A program made the position numbers and the translations under genes. From NCBI GenBank assembly GCA_026770705.1, contig JANJGN010000026.1, positions 34,348,001 through 34,412,000 on the forward strand: 64,000 nt of DNA. The letters run 5' to 3'. Below are positions 1 to 13,169 of this stretch, one piece after another; positions within the stretch are counted from its first letter, which is position 1; each line of letters starts with the position of its first letter. The notes under the pieces were generated by a model. It was not told the DNA's origin and made no database searches. It saw only the letters and a program-made list of their open reading frames with translations. The DNA is from Isurus oxyrinchus (Eukaryota).

Positions 1-706
1 ATGAATAAACGAAGAAAGCACCACTCCTCAATGGTTCCCTTACCTTACAAAATCTTGAGGCTTCATTCACTTTCTTTGGGGCCAACCCAAGGTATGCCAC
101 AGCCCTCTGGAATTTACTTTGATTTCTCCCCAGTCTGGGACTTAGACATCCAGAGCTCTTCCTCCCTGTGAGGATGCCACTGCCTTCTTCAGCTGGCTTT
201 GGGCAGCTGCTTTTTCCCAGTCGGCTCCCACAGCTCTTTCCAAGCTGACTGCTCTCTGACACAAGACCAACTGCCTTTCACGTTGAGGACCACTGGAGAT
301 TTCTTCCTCTAGCTTCAAACTAGGCAAATCTTCCAACTTCTTTTTCCCCTCACATGAATTCCAAGTGAACTGTAAATTACACAAGACCAAGTCTGTAATT
401 GTCCCCGTGAGAAACATCCAGATAAATAAAAAAAAAAACACTCTAACCCCCACAGCCCATCTCCAAGGCAATGAGTGACGCTTTGGGAGAAAATGGAAGG
501 CAAACTGAATTTCTTTTTCCTTCCAAACACCCTTTCGTTCTCTGATCCAAATGAAAGATGAAACTGGATATTCGCAACAAGTCTCAAAATGCATCAGTCC
601 ACTGGAAGCAAGGTCATGAGACCGGACAGTCCAGATGTGAGAATGAACATGGTTCAGTAATGGATGTGATTCGCAGCAGCAATAACAACAGAATCAATCC
701 TTGTAA

Positions 707-1213
707 TCACTGGTGCAGTCTCTGGTGTCTCAATAGAAGGGAGGACCAAGTGAATGCCTTTCCACATACAGGGCAGATGAATGGCCTCTCCCCAGTGTGA
801 ACACGCTGGTGTTCCTGCAGGCTGGATAACCGACTAAATCCCTTCCCACACACAGAGCAGGTGAACGGCCTCTCCCCTGTATGAACTCGCTGATGTGTCA
901 GTAGGTTGGATGACTGGGTGAATCCCTTCCCACATTTGGAGCAAGTGAATGACCTCTCCCCAGTGTGAACTCGCTGGTGTATTAGCAGGTTGGATGACTG
1001 AGTGAATCCTTTCCCACACTCAGAGCAGGTGAACGGCCTCTCCCCGGTGTGAATTCGCTGGTGTGACTGCAGAGTGGATGACTTGCTGAATCCCTCTCCA
1101 CACACGAAGCAGGTGAATGGCCTTTCCCCAGTGTGACTGCGTCGATGAGTTTCCAGATCAGACGGGCAACGGAATCCCTTCCCACAGCCCCCACACTTCC
1201 ATCTTTTCTCCAT
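707..1213 (-). CDS. C2H2 zinc-finger protein with 6 tandem fingers and no KRAB/SCAN domain
   Basis: The ORF from the ATG at 1213 (MEKRWKC...) has six CxxC-x12-HxxxH fingers joined by TGERPF(T/I)-type linkers. Upstream sequence (1214-1580) is degenerate finger sequence with stops, following a tttcacAG acceptor at 1581-1582. Confidence 0.85.
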   Translation of the reverse strand: MEKRWKCGGCGKGFRCPSDLETHRRSHTGERPFTCFVCGEGFSKSSTLQSHQRIHTGERPFTCSECGKGFTQSSNLLIHQRVHTGERSFTCSKCGKGFTQSSNLLTHQRVHTGERPFTCSVCGKGFSRLSSLQEHQRVHTGERPFICPVCGKAFTWSSLLLRHQRLHQ

Positions 1214-2489
1214 GGCGTGGGTGTCCTTCTGTCTTGCCAGGTTCAACGATCAGTTGAAGACTCATCTACAAACAGAACACATTTACAGTTTCTCCCCAGT
1301 GTGAATGCTGTGAAGTTTTTTCAGGCTGTGTTACAGGTTGAAGCTCTTTCCCACAGTCAGTTCACTGGAACACTCTCACTCGGGTGTGTGTGTGTTTCGG
1401 TGCTTACCCAGTCACACTAATGTTTGAAATCTTCTCCCAGAAACAGAACAAATAAACATTTCTTCTTCTAGATTCAAATGCCAATGACATCCACATCCCA
1501 ATGAATCGAGTGACTTTGTCAGATCATGGCGTGGAGTTTGTTTTGAGATTTCAGTCTGCAAATCCTCACCTCCAGATATCCTGTGAAAGGAGTTTACAAA
1601 AATCATCACTGTCAGTACAGGTTAGAAATTCAAAACAAACAATTCTAGTTTCTATGAAACATTCTTCCTTTCTCATTCCCCAAAAGCTGTAAATCCCCAT
1701 CCCACACACTCTCCCTCCATTCTCACTCTGCTGTACCTAATATACACCGCCCCAATTCTTCTGAAGGTGACAATTCATGCTGATCGACAGGTCCATGCTC
1801 ACTGATTCTGATACACATAATTTTTTTGGGACTAAAGAGGCACGTAATATACAGCAATGTATTACTTGATTAGAGATACACGCAGAATGTGAGGAAGAAC
1901 TTTATTTAGGCAGCCTATAGCCTAAGTGGATGATGGAAGCAGAGATGATCAATTATTTCAAAATTGGATGGGCACTTGAAGGAAATAAACTTGCAGGGTG
2001 AGGAGGATATAAAGGAGGAATGGATCTGACTGGATTCCTCTGCAGAGTTGGTATGGACTCTAGTTGCAAAATGGACTCCTTCTGTGTCATATCGACTCTG
2101 TCTGAAAATATATAACATAGCTACAGTACTATATTACAAGACAAGAAATAATAATAAATGTACTTAATTGGAAAACCATAAATAATATGTCTAATATGTA
2201 TCATATAACATCACTCCACTTAAACCTGTCCTATATTAATTTACTGTCCCCTTAAATATCAGCCTTTCCCTGGGAAAATGACCCCTTTAAATGTGAACAT
2301 TAGCCAGACAAATAAATGTGCCAAGATTAGTCAGCAAACGATGTCAATGTCTTCAAGAGAGAGAGTAGGCCAACCTTTCCAGAGTCTGCACCCTCACTGG
2401 ATTCACTTCCTTTCCCTTCAGTTCCTGCAAGTCAACAATTTAAACCCAATATGAGTAAAGTAATGGAAAGGGGGAGGAAATAAAGTTTT

Positions 2490-2830
2490 ACTCACAGATA
2501 TTTACGCACAAGAGGAAGTTTTAGTCTGTTAAACTAAATCTGCATTGACACAAAGCCCACGCTCTGATTGCCTGGGGGACAAGAGTCCTTCCGGTCCTCC
2601 AACTCTTCTCATTGGCCAATCCCCGCATGAAGACACTTTGACCCCCATGACGTGCTCCAATGCTGGCCTCCGTGAAACGCTTTTCTCTACACATGCGCAC
2701 ACCCTCTCTTTGTTGCCCATGCGCACTCCCGGGCCGTCCCGCCTGCGCGGTGGATAGATCGGTCTCCCTGAAGCGGGGGCTTGTGGGACTTACGGCTGCC
2801 ATTACTGAGCCACTGCCCGGTCTCGAAACA
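2490..2830. promoter_or_regulatory. CpG-rich promoter/first exon of the ZNF gene, possibly bidirectional
   Basis: Local CpG enrichment, ATTGGCCAAT (double CCAAT) near 2611, two CATGCGCA NRF1-like sites near 2692 and 2718, and a minus-strand GTGAGT donor near 2490. It lies between divergently oriented ZNF copies. Confidence 0.55.
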
Positions 2831-3149
2831 CATGGGACTGGCTTGAAAAGTGGGAATGAGGGGCACAATGACCTCACCCTGTCACAAAGTACATGTAGAA
2901 GTCACTGGATTTGATTTTGACATCACTTGAACAAAACTGTTAGTTAACTTTAGGCGTAAAGATTTAGATACCTGGGTAACAAATTGGGGAGGCAAATCGT
3001 GACTGTGAAACTGAACCCAAGAATCAGCACCTTCAAGGAAGGAGAATTCTAGATTGAGAGGGAAAATGATTTTTTATGTCAACTGGAATATTAGTTTCTA
3101 ATTTCTATTGTGTACTTACTGCAATGGCTTTAGTAAACTTCTTGTCAAG

Positions 3150-3532
3150 CATATTGGAGAAGGAGGACTTGCAGATGGGAAAATCAAATCAAACATCCCA
3201 TGAACATTTGATAGAGTTAATTGATTCATCAGGACCGGATTATCATCAGCCATTGAATGTGGAAGGAGAAATATTTGTCTGTTTGAAAATATTTCTAACA
3301 TTAGTGTGACTATCGAGACAAATGCACCCAAGTAAGAGTGTTCCAGTGCACTGACTTTGGAAAGAGCTGCTAGTTACACAGCCTGACAAAGTATTGCAAC
3401 ACTTACAACGGGGAGAGGCCGTTTATACGAGGTTTCAACTGATTGTTGAACATAGTGAGACACAAGGACACCCACAACAGGGAAAAACAATGTAAATGTG
3501 GGGCCTGTGGGATGGGATTCTATTACCCTCTG
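3150..3532 (+). pseudogene. 5' part of a C2H2-ZNF exon, broken off next to the Copia element
   Basis: Paralogous to the 1214-1580 leader (ILEKEDLQMGKSNQTS...TLV*). It continues into degenerate fingers and HKDTHNREKQCKCGACGMGFYYP, then stops abruptly. Confidence 0.7.
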
Positions 3533-6500
3533 TTTTCGCCCTCCTCCCTGCCCCCATTGTATTTGGAAAACCTGTGGATTTACGATTTACGCAATCTGGA
3601 CACTACTGTATTCCTTTAATGAAACCTAACTTTTTGATTAAGCAGATTAAAGGAGTGTTATTAGCATCAGGGGATAGGAATTGTGTCATAATTGCATCAA
3701 CAGTTTGTCTATCCTTCTTTGCAAAGGTCAAAAATTTTGCTAAGGAATGGAGGAATAAGGGATGGAGAGTACACTAAAATTACAGAGCAGATAAGCAATA
3801 GATGTGACATATGTAAGAAATACATAAGGACACTGTCACGGCTGACAGTGAGTCCACCTTTAGTGGGGCATTTCAATGGAGTTCTGACAATGGATTTAAA
3901 GGTATGGGATAAAGAAAAGAACATTTTTATTTTACATTTCGTAGAATTGGCAACAAGGTTTAGCCAGCTGACAATCATGTACAGTAAAGAAGAGAAGATA
4001 ATTGTGGATCAGATAATTGAGAATTGGATAGGGACTGGATTGGGACCACCAGCCAAATTCCTCACTGATAGTGGGGGAAATTTGCTAGCTACGAGCTTGT
4101 GGATATGTATAAAAACGTGAATATAATAGTTATGAATGCTGCAGCTGAAAGCCCCTTTATTAATTGAGTGTGTGAAAGGAATCATGCGGTAATAAATGAG
4201 ATGCTTCGTAAAATATTGGAGGATAGACCAAGCTGTAAATTATCATCAGCTCTAGCATGGGCTGTCCATGCTAGGAAGTCATTGCAGATGGTTGGGGGCT
4301 AAATTCCATATCAGTTGGTTTTTGTTAGAAACCCAAATATTCCTTCAGCCCTGAATGGTCAGCCCCCAGCTTGAGAGGGAACTATGATTAGCTCTACCTT
4401 ATCTGAGCATCTAAATGCACTGCACACGGGTAGAAGAGTGTTCTTTAAAGCCAAAGTTTCAGAAATAATCCAGCGAGCTCTAAGACACAATGTTCATCCA
4501 TCGGAAGCTATTTTCAATTGGGGAGACATGGTATACTATAAGAGAGAAGGACTTAATGAGAGGAAAGGCTGAGGAAAGATTATCAGTAAAGATGGTAAAA
4601 CAGTCATTTACAACATGGGAACTACACTATTCAGGTGAACTGATCAAGGTTAGTTGGCACAGACTACAAATTTGCGGGTTCAGAAAGTGTAGGAAGGGAC
4701 GAGGTATGCTTCTCATACCCATATATTGCATGATTGTGAGGACCAGATAGCTAAAGTTATTAGGGTATCTGAAGATGGAGGCAGAACTTTGGACAAAGAA
4801 GGTGAAACAATTTGTCCCAGAGGACGAATGTCAAAAGCTGGCACTAAAGTTACATACTTGCCAAAAGGAGACAGTCAATGGTGGGATGCAATGATTGTAG
4901 GTAGAGCAGGGAAGGCCCTGGAAATATTAAAACTGGTTAAATGTATGAGATAAAGGCCTATGGATTGGAAATATGAAGTACAACAGTGGAAGGCATGGAA
5001 ACGCAGTATCAGTTCAGACACTGGGCCTGGCAGTGAACATGCCTCTCGGTAGAGATCACGAACTGTTGAATGAACATCTATAAGCAAGAGTGGGAGATCA
5101 AACATAACATCCGGAGCATGATAGAAGGCAGGATAGAGAGCATAGCTTAACAAGGTCAAAGAATATGGTAACAAGGAGCAGAAGCCCATGTGATTGAGAA
5201 GTCTTATTAGTTTCAAACAAATTAGACTATAAATTAATAAAGGATGCCAAACAACAATAACCACATAGTTGGAAAGAATTTTGGGTATACAGAGAGCTGC
5301 CAGATAGGGGACAACCAGCTCTGTCTCATAGGCAGATATGCATGGAAAAGGTGCTTCCTGATGGGACTTCTAAAACTAAAGCCAGACCAGTGGAATGAGG
5401 GTTTGAAGAAAATCTGGGTGACTGGATGTGTGAGTAGATTCACCTACAGCAGGGAAAGATGTTGGAGATCCTTTTGGCTCTATTGGCTACAAATGCTTAG
5501 GAATGCAAGTCCATTGATATTAAAGCTGCTATTTTGCAGGGAGACCAACTTCAAAGGGAAATTTTTCCCCGTCCACCAAAAGAGGTGCCAAACGCAGAAA
5601 GGATTCTCTGGGAGATAAATAAACATTTATACAGTTTAAATGATGCCTCCTGAGTTTGGTATTTCTCAATGAGGTCAGTTTTGTTAGTGTTGGGCTGTCT
5701 TCAGTTGGAAGGCCCGGCAATATTTTAATTGGTGCCATGGCAGGAACTTGCAGGCATCTTTATGATGCATCTAGATGATTTGTGTGGGGTAGTAGTAGTG
5801 AATTTGAAACAGTTGCCATTAATGGGCTCAGAACAGAGTTTAAAAACTGGAAGTCAGTCTTTTGTTGCATTTAAGTACTTGGATTGGAAATCAGGCAGGA
5901 AGGATCACACATCCTTTTACATCAGCAATCCTACTTAGAGAACATCAATCCCGTTGCGATTAGATGTGGTAGGGCCTCGCAGAAAGATGCTACGGCTTCT
6001 GAAGCTGTAAAAAAGGAATGCAGAAATCTAACTGGGCAGTTCAATTGGCTAGGCAAACAAACAAGGCCTGATGTCAGTTCTGACATTTTGGAATTAAGCA
6101 CTAAAATGAACGATCCCAAGGTTGAAGGAACCATTCAGGAAAAAAAAAATCACGGACAATATTAAAAATGGAGCAGTGTGTTTGAAATTCCCATCTCTGG
6201 GTGATGTTAGAAAAATGAAATGGATTGTGTTTAGTGATGTGTCTTACACACATCTATATGATGGGTTTTCAAGTGTGGGAGGATTTATAATATTTCTTAT
6301 GGTGAAAAAGGCAAATGATGCCCTTTGACATTGGAATCTAAAAAGATACAAGGAGCTGTAAAAAGTACGTTAGCAGCAGAGACTCTTGCCCTTGTTGAGG
6401 TGATAGATATGGCAATCTATTTATCAAAGATACTGGAAGACGTTTTAAATGGGAAAGGGTATTCAGGGACGATACCGATCGAATGTCTCATAGATAATAA

Positions 6501-6807
6501 GTCACTTTGGGAAAATGTTCACTCTATGAAGTGCGTTAATGGGAAGAGATTGTGAACTGACATTGCAAGCTTAAAAAAGATGCTCGAGAATAAGGAGATT
6601 GCCAAGATCAAATGGATTGATAGCAGCTACCAATTCTCTGACTGCTTCACCAAAAGAGAAGCGAGCTCTAAGAAGTGATTAGAGATCTTCAAAGAGGGAT
6701 GTTTTTTAAGAAAAATATACTCCTTTTATGTGGACATATCAGTACGTTGCCTTTTTTAAGGAGGGGAATAAGGTGAAATTATTGAATGAAACAATATATA
6801 TATTGAT

Positions 6808-6952
6808 AAAAGCAAAAATAAAAGCAAAATACTGCGGATGCTGGAAATCTGAAACAAAACAAAAATAGCTGGAAAAACTTAGCAGGTCTGACAGCATCTG
6901 TGGGAGGAATACAGTTAATGTTTTGAGTCTGTATGACTCCTCATCAGAACTT
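6808..6952 (-). mobile_element. Short Penelope-pLTR-derived insertion with a decayed hammerhead core
   Basis: Minus strand reads AGTT-CTGATGA-G-GAGTC-ATACA-GACTC-AAAAC-ATT-AACT. Flanked by a near-direct repeat, TATATTGAT (6799-6807) and TATACTGAT (6953-6961). Confidence 0.65.
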
Positions 6953-7033
6953 TATACTGATGTTTGTTATTACAATTTTTTTGTGTGATTATATAAACTT
7001 TAAGGTTATTTTATTTCTAAGAAGAAGGGAATC

Positions 7034-7234
7034 TGTTAGGGAAGGAAACAGTTAAAGAAGTTCAATTGCTAATTATTAGGTTGTTTAACTAAGTACCCAT
7101 TCGGTTGTATAAAAGGGATAACAGTTGAGACTAGCTGGCTCTGTGGAGAGTTTTATGACAAGCAATAAAACTCTGTCTGAAGGAGTCAGTCTTGGCTTTG
7201 GTCTTCATTTCTAAAAAACTATTGGAACTTACCA
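7034..7234 (+). mobile_element. Candidate 3' LTR (~200 bp) of the Copia element
   Basis: A purine tract (AAGAAGAAGGGAA) precedes TGTTA at 7034. The segment contains TATAAAA (~7108) and AATAAA (~7164) and ends in ...TTACCA at 7234. Confidence 0.6.
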
Positions 7235-7235
7235 T

Positions 7236-7850
7236 ATAATTGTATAAGAGTTATTTATACTTGTATACCAATCCCTTTGTAATATAGGCTAACATACATT
7301 TGCCTTCCTAATTACTTGCTCTACCTGAACGTTAAGCTTCCATTATTCATGTACAAGGGCAGCCAGGTCCCTCTGAATACAACCATTTCCCAGTCTTTCA
7401 CCATTTGAAAATTATTTTGATTTTGTTTTATTTTTTCTCCCAAAGTGGATAACTTCACACTTCACCACATTGTATTCCATCTGCCATGTTGTTACCCACT
7501 CACCCAACCTGTTCTCCACACTGTTTACTTTCTCACCTAACTTTGCATTGCCAGCAAATCTGGATACGTTACACTAAGTCCCACTTTGTAGGTAAATAAT
7601 ATAGATTGCAAATAGCTGATTCCCAATTACTGATCCTCGTGGTGCCTGCCAGTTATAGTCTGCCAACCTGAAAATGTCCCATTTATTCTGAACATCTGTT
7701 TTATGTCCATTAACTGACCGTCAATACATGCTAAGATATTGTCTCCATCACATGAGACCTAATTTTTTGTAATGACCTCTTCTGTGACACCTTATTAAAA
7801 GTTTTTTCAAAATATAAACTGCTTTCCCCTTATCCACCTGACAGTTATGC
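7236..7850 (-). mobile_element. CR1-clade LINE RT fragment
   Basis: Reverse-complement similarity to the other CR1 ORF2 copies in the window. Confidence 0.65.
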
Positions 7851-8671
7851 CCTGTTCCATGTGTTATTCTCATTATCTCTTCCTGACCCACTCTGCTTCC
7901 TTTTACCCAAACATTGCTCTGGAGCTTGACATTTCCCTTGCTGCTTTTGAATTTACTCTTTCCTGAATTATCCCACACCCACCACCATCTGCAATCTCCC
8001 ACCACCACCCCACCCCCCCACCCCGCCCCACCACTGTGAGAAGTTGCAGTCCCTGTGTAGTTATCTGAACGGGCTACTCCTCAAACTTTAATTACACTTC
8101 AGCCCGAGGTTCCTAATCTTTGTCAGCCCAGTATGGAGGGGCCTGGGTAAGTCAGAACCTTCTCCTGGACCTGCTCTTGGGCCTAGTTTACTGGTCCCAG
8201 ATTAGACAAATGGATGGGGAGAAGCAGAGGGAATGCTGATCTCCATGGCAGTCTCCTCGGAACGGTTTTTTGGTCCTGGATCAGGCGGATGCTGATCTCA
8301 GTGGCTGGAGCTGACAGTTTCTTCCTTAGCCTCCAAAGTGTTCGGCCAAAGCCAGCATGGATCACTTTGAGAAGCTCTTTCTTCTCTGAAGTGGTTTTCC
8401 CTCTTGAAAGCCTGTTCATATACCTTATTTGTAGGGGTCTTTTGTCAATAACTTGTTCAATTGTGCATTAGCAAAGGACAGATATTCAAGGTAATCCCCG
8501 CTATTTGTATTGGAAGACTATGAAATAATCTTGTGGCTCATCAATCTCTTGGACATCCTGTTTAACCTTTACTTGGACAGTTGGTTTACACAGAGACCAT
8601 GAGATTCCCCCACCCCATCAAGTTTGTCTTGTTTCAGTTTCTGTGCTAGAAACATGTCCTCACCAGAGACA

Positions 8672-9570
8672 ATAAGACATAGGAGCAGAAGTAGGCCATT
8701 CGGCCCACCGAGTCTGCTCTGCCATTCAATGAGATCATGGCTGATCTGATAATTCTCAATTCCACTTTTCTGCCTTTATCCCATAACCCTTGATTCCCTT
8801 ACTGATTAAAAATCTATCTTTCTCAATTCTGAATATACTTAACGACCCAGCCTCTACAGTAAAGTATTCTACAGATTCACTACCCTCTGAAAGAAGAAGT
8901 TCCTCCTCATCTCTGTCTTAAATGGGTGACCCCTTACTCTGAGATTATGCCCTCTGGTCCTAGACTCTCCCACAAGGAGAAACAACTTCTCCACATTTAC
9001 CCTGTTAAGCCCCCTAAGAATCTTATATGTTCCCAGTAGGTTGCCTCTGATTCTTCTGAACTCCAGTAAGTACAGGCCCAGCCTACTCAACCTCTCCTCA
9101 TAAGAAAATCCCTCTGTACCAGGGATCAACCTAGTGAACCTTCTCTGGACTACCTCCAATGCCAGTATGCCTTTCCTTAGATAAGGGGACCAAGCTCTTC
9201 GCAGTATTCTAGGTGTGGTCTAACTAGTGCCTTGTTTAGTTTTAGCAAGACTTCCCTATTTTTATACTCCATTCCCTTTGAAATAAAGGCCAACATTCCA
9301 TTTACATTCCCTATTACCTGCTGAAATTGTATGCTAGCCTTTTGTGATTCATGCCTGAGGATCCCCAAATCCCTCTGTTTTGCAGTCTTTCTCCATTTAA
9401 ATAATATTCAACTCCTCTATTCTTCCTGCCAAAGTGCAGAACCTCACATTTTCCCACACGATATTCCATCTGCCAAGTTTATGCCCACTCACTTAACCTG
9501 TCTATATCTGTCTGTCGGCTCCTTGTGTCATCCTCACCACTTGCCTTCCCACATATTTTTGTGTCATCCA
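8672..9570 (-). mobile_element. CR1-clade LINE 3' fragment
   Basis: ORF pieces ALVRPHLEYC and VQRRFTRLIPG...LSRLGLYLLEFRRIRG, plus a CR1-type 3' UTR. Confidence 0.85.
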
Positions 9571-10749
9571 GTAATAGGCTTACACTGTCCTCTGTTTATC
9601 AACCCAAGGAGCTTTTATCATAAGCGAGAGACACAAAGAGCCATTCCTATGATATTCAATACAGTTTTTAAAATGTTACAAGGTTATTGGACAGTGGTTT
9701 CTTGAGAAGGGATTATTCATATTCTTCGTCTGACAACTCATTTCTGGCTAACCCAGCAATTTCTATGCTATGAGCTTGTTTTCCTAATTTCTTGACTACA
9801 AACTGTAGACAACGTACTAAAGCTACTACAATTATCAGAATCAGAAACACAAACCCTTGAGCTGCCACCAAGAATAAATGTAAAAACTCTTCCAGTAAAA
9901 TATGATAAATATCAACTTCGATTCATCCTCCCCACCTGCAGATCATCTCACGCAATTCTATATTATTGGCATGTTGTAAATAGATATAGTTCAAACAAAG
10001 GCTCATACATGGACTTTAAAGACTCTCCAGCTCTCTGTTCACCTGCATCCACCTTGTGGATGTTTTCTAAATCCAGATTTTATATCCCTCTTCACTTTAA
10101 TTTTGCTCCCTCTGATGGTGACCAGGTTATAAATGCAATTTTCTTAAAAAGAGTTCAAAAATCTTCCAAGAGATTTATTAGTTTCATGTACACTTTCACT
10201 ATGCCAATTTTTAAAACTTATTCTTTCATGGAATGTGACCATTCCTAATTGCACTAAGGAGTCATCTGTAGGCCAGACCAGGTAAGGATAGGAGATTCAT
10301 TAGTGAACCAGATGGTTATTGAGACCAGCTTCAAGATTCAATTAATTTACTTTAAGTTCCACCAGCAGCCATGGTGGGATTTGAGCCCTTGTCCCAAGCA
10401 TTAACCTAAACTTCTAGAAGACTGGTCCAGTGATATTACAACTACATCACCATCTCCCCCTGACAGACTGATAAATTCCATAAACTGCACCAAGGGAAAG
10501 TCATTGCAATTCCCATTCAGTGGTGTGATTTTTCTCTTTTATTTTAAGTGGAGAATCCCAAGAATTGCCATTCCACCTCATTCATGAACCCTGGAAGAAC
10601 TTAACTGTTCAATTCAATCTTCTCAGAATGTGGTATCTGTGATCAGAGACAGAAGTGTCTGCAATCAGTTTGGAGATAACTCCCATATCTCCTGTTCTCA
10701 GGCACTTTGTCTTGAAAGATAATAAGTGGGATTAAGCCAAATTTTTTAA

Positions 10750-11090
10750 TTCTTTCATGGGGTGTGGTTGTCGCTGGCAAGGCCAGCATTTGTTGCCCAT
10801 CCCTAATTGCCCTTAATAGGTCATTTCAGAGGGCAGTTAAGAGTCAACCACGCTGCTGTCAGTCTAATCATATGCAGTCTAGAGAAGGATGGCAGGTTTC
10901 CATCACTAAAGGACATTGGTGAAGCAGGTGGGTTTTTGTAACAATCGATGGCTTTATATTCCAGATTTATTAACTGAATTCAAGTTCTACCAGCTGCTAT
11001 GATGGGGTGTGAACCCATGTCCCAAGAGCATTCACCTTGGTCTCCACAGTATGAGTCTGGCAACATTATCACTATGCCACTGTCTCCCCA
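10750..11090 (-). mobile_element. tRNA-derived shark SINE (a partial copy also at ~10245-10460)
   Basis: B-box-like GGGTTCACACCC, the body seen at 37680-37990 and 60600-60980, and a tail resembling GGGCAATTAGGGATGGGCAACAAATGCTGGCC. Confidence 0.7.
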
Positions 11091-11304
11091 AATTATTGGG
11101 AGGCAAAGTCTTTAGTTCAAATCATCACCGTGCAGTGTGAAAAGGGTTAACTTCACTGCCTGTTTGCAAAAGGGTAGAGCAAAAACTTACAAATGTGCAC
11201 AATTGAGTTAACTTCACATAACTTTATTTTTCAGGTTAAAGATGAACCAACCACCATTGTCAACTTTGTTTCCCTAATTCCTCTGGTATTTTTCTCAGCT
11301 TTGC

Positions 11305-12828
11305 CCAAATGTTAGTGAGGTAAGGAGGGAGATTTCAGGGGCTCTGCCACGAATTTTCAAATTCTCTCTGGCCATTGGAGAGGTGCCAGAGGACTGGAAA
11401 CAGCGAATGTGGGACCATTATTCAAGAAGGGTAGCAGCAATAAACCAGGTAATTACAGGCCAGTGAGTATAACATTGGTAATCAGTGGTCGGGAAACTAT
11501 TGTAAAAAATTCTGAGGGACACTTAGAGAGGCAGGGACTAATCAGGGATAGTCAGCATGGCTTTGCCTGGGGGAAATCATGTCTAACAAATTGGACTGAA
11601 TTTTTCGAGGAGGTGACTAGTTGTGTAGATGAGGATAGTGCAGTTGACGTAGTCTACATGGACTTCAGTAAGGCTTTTGACAAGGTCCCGAATTGGAGAA
11701 TGGTCAAGAAGGTAAGAGCCCAAGAGATCCAGGGCAATTTGGCAAATTGGATTCAAAACTGGCTCAGTGGCAGGAGACAGAGGAAGGATGGTCAAAGGTT
11801 GTTTTTGCAATTGGAAGCCTTAAATGAGTGGTGCATCACAGGGATTGGTGCTGGGACCCTTGCTGTTTGTAGTGCACATTAATGATTTAGACGTGAATAG
11901 AGGAGGTATAATCAGTAAGTTCACAGGTGACATGAAAATTGGTGGTGTCGTAAATAGTGAGGAGGAAAGCCTTAGATTACAGGACAATATAGATGGGCCG
12001 GTAAGATGGGCATAGCAGTGGCAAATGGAATTTAATCCTGAGAAGCTTGCATTTTGGGAGGACTAACACAGCAAGGGAATACACAATAAATGGTAGGACC
12101 CTAGGAAGTACAGAGGATCAGAGGGACATTGGTGTACATGTCCATAGATCCCTGAAGGCAGCAGCACAGGTAGATAAGGTGAAGAAGGCACATGGGATAC
12201 TTGCCTTTATTAGCTGAGGCATGGAATATAAGAGCAGAGAGGTTATGTTAAAGCTGTATAAAATGCAAGTTAGGCCACAGCTGGAGTACTGTGTGCAGTT
12301 CTGGTTGCCACACTAGAGGAAAGATGTGACTGCACTGGAGAGGGTGCAGAGGAGATTCACCAGGATGTTGCCTGGCTGGAGCATTTCAGCTATGAAGAGA
12401 GACTGGATAGGCTAGGGTTGTTTTCCTTATAGCAGAGAAGGCTGAGGGAGGACCTGACAGAGGTGTACAAAATTATGAGGCACAGAGATAGGGTAGATAG
12501 GAAGAAACTTTCCACCCTAGCGGAGGTGTCAATAACCAGAGGGCATAGATTTAAGGTAAGGGGCAGGAGCTTTAGAGAGGATTTGAGGAAAAAAAAAATT
12601 CACCCAGAGGCTGGTTGGAATCTGGAACACACTGCCTGAGGGGGTGGTAGAGGCAGGAGCCTGAGCAACATTTAAGAAGTATTTAGATGAGCACTTGAAA
12701 TGCCAGAGCATACAGTGGCCCAACACAGGCCAAGTGCTGAAGAATGGGACTGGAATAGATAGGTGTGGCCAGCATGGACATGATGGGCTGAAGGGCCTGT
12801 TTCGGTGCTGTAAAACTCTATGACTCTC
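11305..12828 (+). mobile_element. CR1-clade LINE ORF2 (RT) 3' fragment
   Basis: PGNYRPVS, SQHGF, VYMDFSKAFDKV, SQGLVLGPLLF, FTGDMKI motifs; CTCTATGACTCT tail. Confidence 0.9.
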
Positions 12829-13169
12829 TGTTAGTGTTTTTTTTGTTGTTTGTTCAGGTGTCTTTCCAAATGACTATAATAAAGCTGAAGAAAAATAAAA
12901 CTAATGAAGTGAGTTTCCACAGGTAAACAGAGTTTCAACCATCTTAGACCAAAAAGTGTTGAAAAGGATGGGGCTTCCCACAACTTGTGAGCTCCGAAAC
13001 ATAACTTCAAGGGTGAAGCTTATCTTCAGGGAATCACATGTTTTGTGCCTTTTCCAATTGTACAAGTCAATTGTAATTTATACTTAAACGTTTACTTTCA
13101 CTCAGTAATGATAACTTTTTACATTTCTCAGCAAAGAACTGGCAGCATTTTAGATTAAATACCAATCGT

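Larger units (their letters stand above)
3560..7234 (+). mobile_element. Decayed Ty1/Copia LTR retrotransposon (integrase-RT-RNaseH plus 3' LTR), 5'-truncated
   Basis: Domain order is integrase (HQQF..CDIC zinc site; MDLKVW, FLTDSGG, VCERNHA), then RT (DIKAAILQG, MHLDD), then RNase H (IVFSDVSY, SKKIQGAVKSTLAAETLAL, IDNKSL, SDCFTK). Many stops and frameshifts. Confidence 0.85.

Noticed and set aside
142-594. 150-aa minus-strand ORF (and 8183-8419) as host genes or gag remnants
   Set aside because: No diagnostic motif could be identified by eye, so left uncalled.
1405-1420. Programmed readthrough or selenocysteine at the shared ZNF TGA-CTG
   Set aside because: In this copy a downstream frameshift and further stops precede the intact fingers, and no SECIS was recognised.
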